From Abditibacteriaceae bacterium (GTDB lineage: Bacteria > Armatimonadota > Abditibacteriia > Abditibacteriales > Abditibacteriaceae): a stretch of DNA of 30,436 bases. The DNA lies in NCBI GenBank assembly GCA_031372065.1, contig JANMKN010000352.1, positions 1-30,436 on the forward strand. The letters run 5' to 3'. Both the position numbers and the translations under genes were made by a program. The notes under the pieces were generated by a model. The model had not been told where the DNA came from. It worked only from the letters and a program-made list of their open reading frames with translations, and ran no database searches. Positions 7,629 through 17,438 of this stretch are shown in pieces; positions within the stretch are counted from its first letter, which is position 1; every line of letters starts with the position of its first letter.

Positions 7629-8378
7629 CTAATCAATTTTCATCACACCTGTAGATTCTGCGGTCATTTCCAACCAACGGTCTATCAATAAAGGCGCATA
7701 GAGATGAGACACAAGGCCATAGCAACCTAACGAATGCCCTTCATTCACTTCAATTAATAAAGTGCGCCCCTCTTTCGTGACACCCCAATCCATCGAACAA
7801 CCAATAGGCCGCTGAGTCCATTCCTGCATAGCCTTTTCGACTACATTGAAATCAGCCGCAGCACGAAAATCGCCGTAATAATGACGGAATCCTACCAGTT
7901 CACCACGATGCACAAAGCCGCGAAATTCGCCCACAAATTCTACCGCTTGCGACCACCAAACGATTTGCTCGTTGGGCAAATGCGAGGTTTGAATTAAATC
8001 GCGAAACGCAGCGATGACGTGACCGTTGAAAATTTTCGATTGCCCTGCTGGTGGCTTGATAAATAAGGGGCCGCACTCATCGGCGAATTTGCGGCGCGCC
8101 TCGCCCAGCGTGCAAAGCCCAAAGTCGCGGCCCGCGTAAGTTTTAACTTCTGGAGGAATCGGTTCCAAAGCTGGAATTTCGCAACCCAAGCGTTGCAAAG
8201 CGCGATGCACAGTTGGTATTCCTGCGACAACAGGTGTGCGCGGTGTCAGTGCTAAATCTTCAATCTCCACCGCGCTAAAAAATTCAATTTCACAACCGCG
8301 ACCTGCCAAGCCGCGCCAAGCGGTATAAGCGCTGTCATTGCGGAATTCGCCATCCAATTTTTCAATGTAGGCTTTCAT
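7629..8378 (-). CDS. ATP-grasp domain protein (R2K / DUF4343-like)
   Basis: PLFIKP, GEFRGFVHRGELVG, MDWGVT...TLLIEVNEGHSLGCYG. ATG at 8378 (ORF track opens at TTG 8384). Confidence 0.75.
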   Translation of the reverse strand: MKAYIEKLDGEFRNDSAYTAWRGLAGRGCEIEFFSAVEIEDLALTPRTPVVAGIPTVHRALQRLGCEIPALEPIPPEVKTYAGRDFGLCTLGEARRKFADECGPLFIKPPAGQSKIFNGHVIAAFRDLIQTSHLPNEQIVWWSQAVEFVGEFRGFVHRGELVGFRHYYGDFRAAADFNVVEKAMQEWTQRPIGCSMDWGVTKEGRTLLIEVNEGHSLGCYGLVSHLYAPLLIDRWLEMTAESTGVMKID

Positions 8379-8386
8379 AGTCAACC

Positions 8387-10411
8387 CTACTCTGCTACCA
8401 CTTGGATGTTTTCGACTTTGCCTTGCAATGGATTAGGCGCCTCGTAATCGCCGACAGCGGTTTGCGCGTCTTGGCCGATGCTTAGTTCGTCCATCGGTTG
8501 CACCGAAATCAGGCCTGGCGCTTGGCCTTGCGCGACAAGTTTGCCATTGACAGATAACTTCATCGCGCCGTCTTTTTCGAGGCGCGCTTCGAGCGAAAAT
8601 TTGCCTGCAACGGTTTCGGGCGAAATGATAGAAAACAGCTTTTCATTTTGGCGCACGCTGAAAAGCGGCTTGCCATTTTGCAAGTGCAAAGCGTAGCCGT
8701 GCTTTTGCCCGCCTTGCGCTAAAATCACGCCGTTTTTATTTTGTGTCGTCACATCGCAGCGAATGATCAACGCTTTATTGGCGATGCGCGGCGAAGCGAT
8801 TTTCAAGGCCGGTTTCGGGCGTTCGGCAACCATGCAGCGCTCGGCCCACGCTTGCCAATCGGCGCTCATTTTTTGAGCGCGAGCCGGTTCGCGCGCGGCT
8901 AAATCGTTGAGTTCGACGGGGTCTTTTGCGAGGTCATAAAGTTCCCACGGTTTGTCATGCAGCGCCACTAATTTCCAATCGCCTTCGCGCACCATGCGGT
9001 TGCCTTCGTGTTCGATGCACACTAAGCGGCTTTGTGTTTTTTGGCCTTGCAAAACCGGCAGCAAACTTTGGCCCTCGTGCGGCAGAATACTCACGCCGTT
9101 GCGCTCTTTGGGATAAGTCGCGTGGCTTATTTGCAAAAGTGTTGGCATGAAATCGGTGATGTATCCCACTTGATTTGTTGTCGCAAATTCTTTGCTTTTC
9201 ATGCCTTGCGGCCAATGTGCAATCAGCGGCGTGCGGATGCCGCCTTCGTGATTGTAATGCTTATAAAGTCGCCACGGCGTGTTGCTGACATTGGCCCAAC
9301 CGCTGCCGTAACTGACGTAACTCTGCGGGCCGCCAACAGTTTTCAGGTCGTCACCTTTATGCAAAATATTGAGAGTTGAATCCACTTGGTCAAAGCCCCA
9401 AGGGTCCCATTCAGCACAGGCGCCATTATCGCTGAGGAAGAAAATCGCGGTATTTTCAAACTGGCCACTGGCTTTCAGATAATCAATCACGCGCCCGATA
9501 TTTTGATCCATAATGTCAATCATCGCAGCGTAAACGGCCATTCGGCGCGCAAGGTCGGCGCGCCTGTCAGCGGGAATTTCATTCCACGCCGGAACCACTT
9601 TATCGGCCCAGCCGGTTTGCTTGTTGAAGCGATTTGGCGGCAACGCTTCGCGTGGCGAAAGCGGCGTGTTTTCCGAAATAAGTTTCAATTTTTTCTGCCG
9701 CATCAAACGCTCGGCGCGCATGGCGTCCCAGCCTTTTTCAAGATACATTTTTTCGTATTTGGCGATGACGTTTTCCGGCGCGTGCAAAGGAAAATGTGGC
9801 GCGTTGAAAGCCAAATACATAAACCACGGCTGGCCCGATTGTTGGCCGTCTTTCAAAAAATCCAGCGCGTAATCGCCAAAAACGTTTGTGGCATAAAACT
9901 CATCTTTTTTGTAGGCGCGTTTGGGATGTTCTTGCGGCCAGCGCGTGAAAAATGGTTCTTCCTGCCAGCAGCTATTGAAGCCGCCGAGCATTCCATAAAA
10001 CTCATCGAAACCGCGTTCTGTCGGCTTGCTTTTCTCACTCAAATGCCACTTGCCGACCATATACGTTTTGTAGCCGGCGGGCCGCAAAACTTCGGGCAAA
10101 GTGGCCGCGTAAGCGGGCAATACGCCGTTCATAGCGGGAAAGCCTGCCTGATGCGGATGCAAGCCGGTCAAAAGCGAAGCGCGCGTGGGACAGCAGCGCG
10201 CCGAGTTATAGAACTGGGTAAAGCGCAGGCCGGTTTTGGCTAAATTGTCCAAGTTCGGCGTGCTGATTTCGCTGCCATAACAGCCGATGTCAGACCAGCC
10301 CAAATCATCGGCCAAAATCAGCAGAATGTTGGGTTTTGTCATAGGCGCCGCCATTCCATTTACTAACAAAAACATCATGCCCAACAAGGAGAAAAACCAT
10401 TTCTGCATCAT
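8387..10411 (-). CDS. Arylsulfatase (Cys-type) with C-terminal LamG/ConA-like beta-sandwich
   Basis: PNILLILADDLGWSD, CCPTRASLLTG, GKWH, APHFPLHAP, SDNG, EGGIRTP. Signal peptide from ATG 10411, just after the upstream stop. Confidence 0.93.
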   Translation of the reverse strand: MMQKWFFSLLGMMFLLVNGMAAPMTKPNILLILADDLGWSDIGCYGSEISTPNLDNLAKTGLRFTQFYNSARCCPTRASLLTGLHPHQAGFPAMNGVLPAYAATLPEVLRPAGYKTYMVGKWHLSEKSKPTERGFDEFYGMLGGFNSCWQEEPFFTRWPQEHPKRAYKKDEFYATNVFGDYALDFLKDGQQSGQPWFMYLAFNAPHFPLHAPENVIAKYEKMYLEKGWDAMRAERLMRQKKLKLISENTPLSPREALPPNRFNKQTGWADKVVPAWNEIPADRRADLARRMAVYAAMIDIMDQNIGRVIDYLKASGQFENTAIFFLSDNGACAEWDPWGFDQVDSTLNILHKGDDLKTVGGPQSYVSYGSGWANVSNTPWRLYKHYNHEGGIRTPLIAHWPQGMKSKEFATTNQVGYITDFMPTLLQISHATYPKERNGVSILPHEGQSLLPVLQGQKTQSRLVCIEHEGNRMVREGDWKLVALHDKPWELYDLAKDPVELNDLAAREPARAQKMSADWQAWAERCMVAERPKPALKIASPRIANKALIIRCDVTTQNKNGVILAQGGQKHGYALHLQNGKPLFSVRQNEKLFSIISPETVAGKFSLEARLEKDGAMKLSVNGKLVAQGQAPGLISVQPMDELSIGQDAQTAVGDYEAPNPLQGKVENIQVVAE

Positions 10412-10412
10412 T

Positions 10413-11789
10413 TTAATTGTTCGTTTTCTTCGGCGCTTTTTTGTCTGCCAGTGGCCAATTCGGGTCGTCAACGTGCGCTTGATTCATCAATTCTTTGGCT
10501 TTTTGCACCAATTCGGGATGCGCCGCCGCGAGGTTTTTGGTTTCGCCGGCGTCGGTTTTCAAATCGTAAATTTCAATCGGCTTGGACGGGCCATTTTTGA
10601 CGGCTTTCCAATCGTCCCAGCGCACGGCTTGCAAACTGGCGGCTTCATGCAATTCCCAATAAAAATACGGGCGTTTGGGCGCCGCGTCGCCTTTGAGAAA
10701 AGAAACCAACGAATAGCCGTCGGTTTTGTAGTCAGCAGGCACGGGTGCGTTTGCCAGTTCCACGGCTGTCGGCAGAAAATCCCAAAAGGCCCACGGCTCA
10801 TCGCTGACGCGCCCAGCGGGAATTTGGCCCGGCCAGCGCGAAATCGCGGCTTGGCGCAAGCCACCTTCGTATAACTCGCGCTTGTAACCGCGCAAGCCGT
10901 TGGAGGCTTGCTCGAACAATTTTCCCAGTTCGGAATTGGGCGCGAAGGACGAGCCATTATCGCCCGCCATAATGACCAAAGTTTTTTCATCTATTTTCAA
11001 TTCTTTGAGCAAATCCAGCAAGCGCCCCAAATCGCTGTCGAGGCGCGTCACTTGGGCAGCGTAGGCTTTTTGCGTGGGCGTCCACGGCTTGTCTTTATAG
11101 ACGCCATAATCGTCAATTTCGTGATTTCCGTGCGGCAAAGTGATAGCGTAAAACAAGAAAAACGGCTTGTCTTTTTGGCCGCGCACCCATTGTAAAACGT
11201 CGTCTTCAATAAGGTTTTGCGCGTAAGTTTTCCCGACGCCAAGGCCATCGTTGCCGGGTAAATCGAAACGCGTGGCGTCGTTATAAAGATACGTTGGAAA
11301 ATACGAATGGGCATGGCGCTGGCAGTTGTAACCGAAAAAATGATCGAAGCCTTTGTTAAGCGGGCTGCCGGTTGTATCGAACATTCCCATGCCCCATTTG
11401 CCCATGACACTGGTGGCATAACCGGCTTTTTGCAAAATCTGCGCGACTGTTATAGTTTCGCCGGGCAAAGGAAGTTGTCCTTCGGCCCCAATTTCCCGGT
11501 TGGCGCGAATCGGCGAGTGTCCGGTATGCAAACCCGTCATCAGCGAAGCGCGACTGGGCGCGCAAACCGTGGTGCCGCAGTAGGCCTGCGTGTAGCGCGT
11601 GCCTTCGCGTGCCATGCGATCAAGATTCGGCGTTTGAATTAGCTTCTGCCCGTAAGCGCCTACATCGCCCATCGCCAAGTCATCACTGAGCATGAAAATG
11701 ATGTTGGGCTTTTCGATTTTCGGTGCGGCCATAGCTGTGGCTCCCATCAAAAACGTCAGAAACAACAGGAAAAAACGGGGATTTGGCAT
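10413..11789 (-). CDS. Arylsulfatase (Cys-type), secreted
   Basis: [40 protein letters not shown]; signal peptide. Confidence 0.95.
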   Translation of the reverse strand: MPNPRFFLLFLTFLMGATAMAAPKIEKPNIIFMLSDDLAMGDVGAYGQKLIQTPNLDRMAREGTRYTQAYCGTTVCAPSRASLMTGLHTGHSPIRANREIGAEGQLPLPGETITVAQILQKAGYATSVMGKWGMGMFDTTGSPLNKGFDHFFGYNCQRHAHSYFPTYLYNDATRFDLPGNDGLGVGKTYAQNLIEDDVLQWVRGQKDKPFFLFYAITLPHGNHEIDDYGVYKDKPWTPTQKAYAAQVTRLDSDLGRLLDLLKELKIDEKTLVIMAGDNGSSFAPNSELGKLFEQASNGLRGYKRELYEGGLRQAAISRWPGQIPAGRVSDEPWAFWDFLPTAVELANAPVPADYKTDGYSLVSFLKGDAAPKRPYFYWELHEAASLQAVRWDDWKAVKNGPSKPIEIYDLKTDAGETKNLAAAHPELVQKAKELMNQAHVDDPNWPLADKKAPKKTNN

Positions 11790-11819
11790 AGTGAAGTCAG
11801 TTTAGCCATCCACACTTAG

Positions 11820-11859
11820 CAAAACACAGGGCCAAGAATGAACTTGGCCCTGTGTTTTG
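11820..11859. terminator. Intrinsic terminator after the 11877-12233 gene
   Basis: 17-bp stem CAAAACACAGGGCCAAG / CTTGGCCCTGTGTTTTG with a 6-nt loop. Confidence 0.75.
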
Positions 11860-11876
11860 GGAAATCGAAAGCGAAT

Positions 11877-12233
11877 TTACGCGGCTTTCTTTTTTGGAGG
11901 GTTGTTTTTGCGATATTCCATCGCTTTGGCTTTGAGTTCGTCCAAAGTCATGCCAAGCGCCTTGGCGACGGCTTCATTGTAGGCATCGGCGGCGTCTTTG
12001 ACACCTTTTTTCTGGTCGTCGGTCAACGGCTTGCCGATGATTTTTTCCAACATTTGCGGCTGAAGCAGCATCACGCGGGCGTTGCCTTTTTTGCCTTTGC
12101 CGGCTTTTTTGTCGCCCTTGGCGGCCAGCAAAACTTTGCCATCCGTTTTGCTCGTCGCGGCTTGCGCGCTCATCAAATTACCGGCACCCAAAACCACAGC
12201 CAGAGCCGTCCCGATCATCCATTTGCTTTTCAT
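11877..12233 (-). CDS. Small secreted Lys-rich helical protein with an LTXXQ-like motif
   Basis: AAGGAG RBS, signal peptide ending AQA, motif PLTDDQKK. Confidence 0.75.
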   Translation of the reverse strand: MKSKWMIGTALAVVLGAGNLMSAQAATSKTDGKVLLAAKGDKKAGKGKKGNARVMLLQPQMLEKIIGKPLTDDQKKGVKDAADAYNEAVAKALGMTLDELKAKAMEYRKNNPPKKKAA

Positions 12234-12289
12234 GTGCGTTCTCCTTTTATTGCCAAACCGCGCCTTGGCGCGGGGTTGGTTGAACAGTT

Positions 12290-12709
12290 TTACGACTTCC
12301 TATTTTGTCCCTTGTGTTGCAAAGCGCGCTGCTTTTTTAGGGCGCCCATCATCGCTTCCAGTTTTTGGCGTTGTGCGCTTGTCAACACGTTGCGCACGGC
12401 GGCCATACGGTCAGCCACAATCACCTGATGACGCGCTTTTTTCTGGTCGGGCGTGAAAGTCTTGTTGCCATGCAGCGTTTTGAGATCGGCTTGCGATTTT
12501 TTCCAAATCGCTTCAATCTTCGCGGTCTGCGCGGCACTTAGACCCAGTTGCTTGATGATTTGCTTCATCCGGCCTTGTTTTTGTCCGGCTTTGGGTGCTT
12601 TCGCCGCCGGTTTAGCGGGCGCGGCTTGCAAAGACGGAGCAATCAGGCAAAATGTCAGGCCGCTCGCCAGTAACACGCGGGAAATGCTTCTCAACTTCAT
12701 GTTTTTCAT
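12290..12709 (-). CDS. Spy/CpxP-like periplasmic protein (LTXXQ motifs)
   Basis: Signal peptide from ATG 12709 (or 12700); QLGLSAAQ, FTPDQ, VLTSAQRQK; divergent from a CpxR-like regulator. Confidence 0.75.
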   Translation of the reverse strand: MKNMKLRSISRVLLASGLTFCLIAPSLQAAPAKPAAKAPKAGQKQGRMKQIIKQLGLSAAQTAKIEAIWKKSQADLKTLHGNKTFTPDQKKARHQVIVADRMAAVRNVLTSAQRQKLEAMMGALKKQRALQHKGQNRKS

Positions 12710-12824
12710 GGGAACACTTTTTATTTTCGCATGGTTTGACAGATAAAGCAGCGCCAAGTCGGTAAAATCTACACCGTCTCTTTGTAAAGTTTCTGTCAAG
12801 CGAAAGCGGGCCGAGGTTTCTCTT

Positions 12825-13541
12825 ATGCAACGAATTTTGTTGGTTGACGATGACCGCGAATTGTGCGATTTGGTAGCGCAGTATTTGACGATTGAAAACT
12901 TTCACGTCGAGACTGCGCATGACGCCAACAACGGAACAGAGCGCGCTTTAACGGGGAACTACGATTTCGTGATTTTGGATGTCAATTTGCCGGGCGGCAG
13001 CGGCTTCGATGTGCTGCGGCGCGTGCGCGCGGGCAAAGGCAACGTAGCGCAAGTGCCGGTTTTGATGCTGACCGCGCGGCGTCAGGAAACAGATCGCGTC
13101 GTCGGCTTGGAACTGGGCGCCGATGATTATCTGGCGAAGCCGTTTTCGTCACGCGAATTGGCGGCGCGCATTCGCGCCATTTTGCGCCGCGCGCAGGCCG
13201 CGCCCGTTTTGCCAAATGAAAAAGTTATCGTGGGCGATGTCGAACTCAATCCGGCCACGCGCAAAGTGCATTGTGAAGACTCCTATATCGAATTGACCGC
13301 CATCGAATTCGATTTGCTGCGTCTTTTGCTCGAACGCGCGGGCGAAGTCGTGACGCGCGAAGATATTTCGCAGCACGTTTTTGAGCGTTCGCTGCTGCGC
13401 AATGAACGCGGCATTGATATGCACATCAGCAACGTGCGCAAAAAACTGGGACGGCACGCAAACGGCAACGAACGAATCCAAACCGTGCGCAGCATCGGCT
13501 ACGTTTACGAGGCGACAGGAGCCTCATCGAAAGTAACTTAG
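12825..13541 (+). CDS. OmpR/PhoB-family response regulator, CpxR-like
   Basis: ILLVDDD, ILDVNLP, MLTAR, GADDYLAKPF; wHTH with IDMHISNVRKKL and TVRSIGY. Confidence 0.95.
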   Translation: MQRILLVDDDRELCDLVAQYLTIENFHVETAHDANNGTERALTGNYDFVILDVNLPGGSGFDVLRRVRAGKGNVAQVPVLMLTARRQETDRVVGLELGADDYLAKPFSSRELAARIRAILRRAQAAPVLPNEKVIVGDVELNPATRKVHCEDSYIELTAIEFDLLRLLLERAGEVVTREDISQHVFERSLLRNERGIDMHISNVRKKLGRHANGNERIQTVRSIGYVYEATGASSKVT

Positions 13542-13545
13542 AATA

Positions 13546-14895
13546 ATGGCTAATCCGCTTCGCGATTTATTTTTCGGCACTGTCGCCCCCAAGAAAGAAC
13601 TGGTTGAGGCGATCACGCCGCGCCGCACTTTTGATGATGTCATTCTGCCGCTGTCCACGCGCCGCGCGCTGGATTTTGCGCTCTCGCAAATCAAAAAACA
13701 CGACCTAATTTTTCATCAATGGGGCCTTGGCGAACGCCATTCGACAGGGCGCGGGCTCGCTTTCAACTTCGCCGGGCCGCCGGGCACCGGAAAAACCATC
13801 TGCGCCGAAGCGATTGCCAACGCGCTCGGCAAAAAACTGCTGGTTGTGCGCTACAGCGAAGTCGAAAGTTTGTGGGCAGGCGAAACCAGCAAAAACGTCG
13901 CAGCAGTTTTTCGCGCCGCCGCCGAACACGATGCGGTTTTGTTTTTCGACGAAGCCGATGCCATCGCCAGTCGCCGTTTTTCATCGGTTACGCAAGGCTA
14001 TCAGCGCGAAGCCAACGCGGTTGTCAACGTTTTGCTCAAAGAACTCGAAGAATTCGACGGCGCGACCATTTTCGCCACCAATTTAGCGGCGAATTTCGAC
14101 CCGGCGTTTGAGCGGCGCATTCGCACCCATATTTTGTTTGAAATGCCCGGCGCGCCCGAACGCGCCGAAATTTGGAAAGTGCAACTACACGCGCGCAAAA
14201 CGCCGCTTGCCGACGATGTAGATTTTGCAGAATTGGGCGAAAAATTCACCGCCAGCGGCGGCGATATCAAAAACGCGGTTCTCAAAGCCGCGCAAATGGC
14301 AACTACCGAACCGGGTGACGACGACGACAAGCAAATCCATCAACGCCATTTTGAAGCGGGAATGCAAGATGTCATAGCCGCCAAAAAAGTGATGGATCAA
14401 ACGCTGTTTGCCGAAGGCGACGGCTCGGCGATGCCCAACGGTTTAGGCGGCTTTTTCGATTCGTTTGCGCGCACACAGGAAGGCCAAAGCGAACAAATCG
14501 AAGCGCTGACACGGCGCCTCGGCGAAACCGAACGCGCCACACGCGCTTTGCCCGGCATCGTTGAGCGTTTTGATGATGCCGCGCGCACCGCGCAAAACCA
14601 ATTGCGCGCCGATTTAACGGTGCAAGTTGGCGAACTATCGGGCCAACTTTCCGGCATCGCGCAAGAAGCGCAAAACGCCGCAGGCGAAAACAGCGCCATG
14701 CGCGAAACATTAGGCGCGCAATTGCGCGAGCATCAAACCAAACTCGACGACTTATTTACGCGCTTGCAAAGCGAACGCGAAGCACAAAACACCAATACCG
14801 CGCAATGGAAAACGCAAATTCTTATCGCATGGGGCATCGGCGGCGCTGCTTTAATTGCGGCTGTGGCCGCTTTAGCGCTGGCTTTGCGCGGGTGA
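13546..14895 (+). CDS. AAA+ ATPase with C-terminal coiled coil and terminal transmembrane helix
   Basis: Walker A GPPGTGKT, Walker B LFFDEAD, ATN...DPAFERR; helical ~120-aa tail ending ILIAWGIGGAALIAAVAALALALRG. Confidence 0.9.
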   Translation: MANPLRDLFFGTVAPKKELVEAITPRRTFDDVILPLSTRRALDFALSQIKKHDLIFHQWGLGERHSTGRGLAFNFAGPPGTGKTICAEAIANALGKKLLVVRYSEVESLWAGETSKNVAAVFRAAAEHDAVLFFDEADAIASRRFSSVTQGYQREANAVVNVLLKELEEFDGATIFATNLAANFDPAFERRIRTHILFEMPGAPERAEIWKVQLHARKTPLADDVDFAELGEKFTASGGDIKNAVLKAAQMATTEPGDDDDKQIHQRHFEAGMQDVIAAKKVMDQTLFAEGDGSAMPNGLGGFFDSFARTQEGQSEQIEALTRRLGETERATRALPGIVERFDDAARTAQNQLRADLTVQVGELSGQLSGIAQEAQNAAGENSAMRETLGAQLREHQTKLDDLFTRLQSEREAQNTNTAQWKTQILIAWGIGGAALIAAVAALALALRG

Positions 14896-15010
14896 ATTAA
14901 TCGAAACAACCAAAAAGCAACTGCACTGGGACGAAAAACTGCGACCGGCGCGTTGGCACGATGAGGAAGAATTTCAATCTGGTGTGCATTTCTATAGCGC
15001 CTTATTGCCT

Positions 15011-15044
15011 GCGAATGAATTCTTATGGCCGCGAATTCATTCGC
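15011..15044. repeat. REP-like hairpin
   Basis: GCGAATGAATTC / GAATTCATTCGC perfect 12-bp stem with a 10-nt loop in intergenic DNA. Confidence 0.45.
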
Positions 15045-15110
15045 CGTTGCCGTTGTCTACGCACTTTATCCATCGGATACTGTTTCTCAACCCCCTTTAG
15101 TGAAATTGCC

Positions 15111-17438
15111 ATGAAAATTTGGATTTTATTGGTGCTGCTTATGTCCACCACACCGCTTTTAGCGGCCACTGCCGAAAAACTGTCGCCCGAACGCAGGACG
15201 CAAGTGGCGGCGATGCTTGACGACAAACCTGCCGGGCCGGGGCGCCCGATTGAAGACCGCGCCTTTTGGGAGAATTTCGCGGGCCAAAGCGCGTGGAAAG
15301 CGCTGATTCCGCGCGCCGAAAAATTGCTGGCCTCGCCATTGCCCGCGCAACCGGACGAGTTGTATTTGGAATTTTCGCGCAATGGCAATCGCACCAACTG
15401 GCAAAAAGTGGCGTTTGAGCGGCGCGGGCGTTTGGCGCCGCTCGTTTTGGCCGAATGTCTGGAAAACAAAGGCCGTTTTTTGCCCGCTATCGAACAATTG
15501 ATTGCCGCTTTTAGCGCCGAAACCTCGTGGCTTTATCCGGCACACGACGCCAAACTCGAAAACTTTCAGGGCAAAACCATTGATATTGATCTCGGCTCGT
15601 CGGCGCTGGGCTGGAATTTGTCCATGACCGATTATTTGCTCGGCGAAAAACTCGCGCCCGCCTCGCGCCAATTATTGCGCGATGGCGTCCGAAAACACAT
15701 TCTCGACCCGTATAAAGCGATGATTCGCGGGCAGCGCGATTTGAATTGGTGGATGGTCGGCACCAACAATTGGAATGCGGTTTGTCTGGCGGGCGTGACT
15801 GGCGCCGGACTGATTGAACTGCCCAGCAAAAGCGAACGCGCGGAATTTATCGTGGCGGGCGAAAATTACGCGCGGCATTTTCTGGCCGGTTTCACGCCCG
15901 ACGGCTATTGCAGCGAAGGTTTGGGCTATTGGAATTACGGTTTTGGGCACTATGTTTTGCTATCCGAGGCCATTCGCGGTGCCACGAAGGGCAAAATTGA
16001 TTTATTGACGGCGCCGAAGGCCCAAATGCCCGCGCGCTTTGCCACGCGCATCGAAATTATCAACGGCGTGGCGCCCGCTTTCGCCGATTGTGCCGTCTTT
16101 GCAAAACCCTCCGCGCCGCTGATGGCTTTTCTCAACGCGCATCTGAAATTGGCGAACGGCTACGATGTCGTTTTGCCCGAACAAACTTTCAGCACGCTCT
16201 TTGAGGCGATGATTTACAACAACGCCAAAGGCACGCTCGCCAACACAGCGACAAGGCCACTACGCGACTTTTTCGACACTGCGGGCATTCTCATTTCGCG
16301 TCCGACCAATACCAATGGCTTCGCTGTCGCTCTCAAAGGCGGGCACAACAACGAGCATCACAACCACAACGATCTCGGTTCTTACGTTGTGGTGCGCGGC
16401 GAGCGGCCCGTTTTGCTTGATCCGGGCGGCGAGGTTTACACGGCGCGCACTTTTAGCGCGCGGCGCTACGATAGCAAGTTGCTCAATTCGTTCGGCCACG
16501 CCGTTCCAATTGTCGCGGGCCAATTGCAAAAAGAAGGCGCGCAATCGCAAGCGAAGGTTTTGAAAAGCGATTTCAACGACGCGCAGGACACGCTGCAACT
16601 CGATATTTCATCGGCTTATCGCGTGCCGGAATTGAAAACACTGACGCGCACCTTCGATTATTCGCGAATCGGACAAGGCGCGTTAAATGTCACCGATCAC
16701 GTTGTCTTTTCGCAGCCGAAAACGTTCGGGACGGCGCTGATTACGCTTGGTTCGTGGCAAAAGCAAGCCGATGGCAGCCTTTTAATTTTCGATGTGGACG
16801 AAGCCCTGCGCGTCGAAATTGACGCTGGAGGCCGCGCTTTTTCCCTTGATGCCGAAGAAATCAAAGAAGACGCCGCCGTGCGCCCGACGCGCCTTGGCAT
16901 CAATTTCCAAGAGCCGATCACAGACGCCACAATTACCGTCAAAATCACGCCTTTTAACGTGCCCGATAACGATAAATCGCCGCTGCGCAACGGCGCTTTC
17001 GAGTTTGGCTCGCTGGGTTGGGAGCTGCCCAAAAACGGCATGGGCGCGCTTTCGACAGAGCGATTTTCCAGCGGCACAACTTCGCTCAAAATCAGCGACG
17101 CCGATAAAAATCTCGGCTCTAATGTCACCTCGTCGCGCATTTCATTGCAAGGCGGCAAGAAATATATTTTGCGTGGCAAAGCCTTTCACCTGAGCGGCCA
17201 AAGCATCGGTCTTTACCTGAAGTTTTACGACGCCAATCGCCAAATGCTGAACGCCTCCGACAACGGCAACATCGCGCCCCTCGGCAACACGCCGACCAAA
17301 GCTGGCGAGTGGCAAACCTTCGCGCTGCCCTTTCAAACTCCAGGCGCGACCACCAACGCGCAATTGTGGATTCACTCCTTCAACGGCGCGCAAAGCGAAG
17401 TATTTTTGGATGACATGGAAATTGTCGAAACGGACTAA
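15111..17438 (+). CDS. Heparinase II/III-like polysaccharide lyase with C-terminal CBM4/9-like domain
   Basis: Signal peptide from ATG 15111; NNWNAVC, DGYCSEGLGYWNYGF, KGGHNNEHHNHNDLGSY, SFGHAVP; C-terminal LRNGAFE...FLDDMEI. Confidence 0.82.
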   Translation: MKIWILLVLLMSTTPLLAATAEKLSPERRTQVAAMLDDKPAGPGRPIEDRAFWENFAGQSAWKALIPRAEKLLASPLPAQPDELYLEFSRNGNRTNWQKVAFERRGRLAPLVLAECLENKGRFLPAIEQLIAAFSAETSWLYPAHDAKLENFQGKTIDIDLGSSALGWNLSMTDYLLGEKLAPASRQLLRDGVRKHILDPYKAMIRGQRDLNWWMVGTNNWNAVCLAGVTGAGLIELPSKSERAEFIVAGENYARHFLAGFTPDGYCSEGLGYWNYGFGHYVLLSEAIRGATKGKIDLLTAPKAQMPARFATRIEIINGVAPAFADCAVFAKPSAPLMAFLNAHLKLANGYDVVLPEQTFSTLFEAMIYNNAKGTLANTATRPLRDFFDTAGILISRPTNTNGFAVALKGGHNNEHHNHNDLGSYVVVRGERPVLLDPGGEVYTARTFSARRYDSKLLNSFGHAVPIVAGQLQKEGAQSQAKVLKSDFNDAQDTLQLDISSAYRVPELKTLTRTFDYSRIGQGALNVTDHVVFSQPKTFGTALITLGSWQKQADGSLLIFDVDEALRVEIDAGGRAFSLDAEEIKEDAAVRPTRLGINFQEPITDATITVKITPFNVPDNDKSPLRNGAFEFGSLGWELPKNGMGALSTERFSSGTTSLKISDADKNLGSNVTSSRISLQGGKKYILRGKAFHLSGQSIGLYLKFYDANRQMLNASDNGNIAPLGNTPTKAGEWQTFALPFQTPGATTNAQLWIHSFNGAQSEVFLDDMEIVETD

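Noticed and set aside
9386..10243. 285-aa plus-strand ORF, and similar long antisense ORFs such as 17142-17969, 19259-19912, 21428-22030 and 28008-28691
   Set aside because: They are shadows of well-supported genes on the opposite strand and have no recognisable motifs.
13546..14895. Contractile injection system or phage-defence locus suggested by the AAA ATPase type
   Set aside because: No sheath, tube, baseplate, nuclease or protease partner genes nearby.
14961..15110. Upstream extensions given by the ORF track (also 10412-10471, 12710-12799, 21911-21973, 22650-22739, 22906-23028, 23730-23786, 28005-28097)
   Set aside because: Downstream ATGs give proper signal peptides or domain starts, usually with an RBS; the extensions cover promoter or leader DNA or overlap neighbouring genes.
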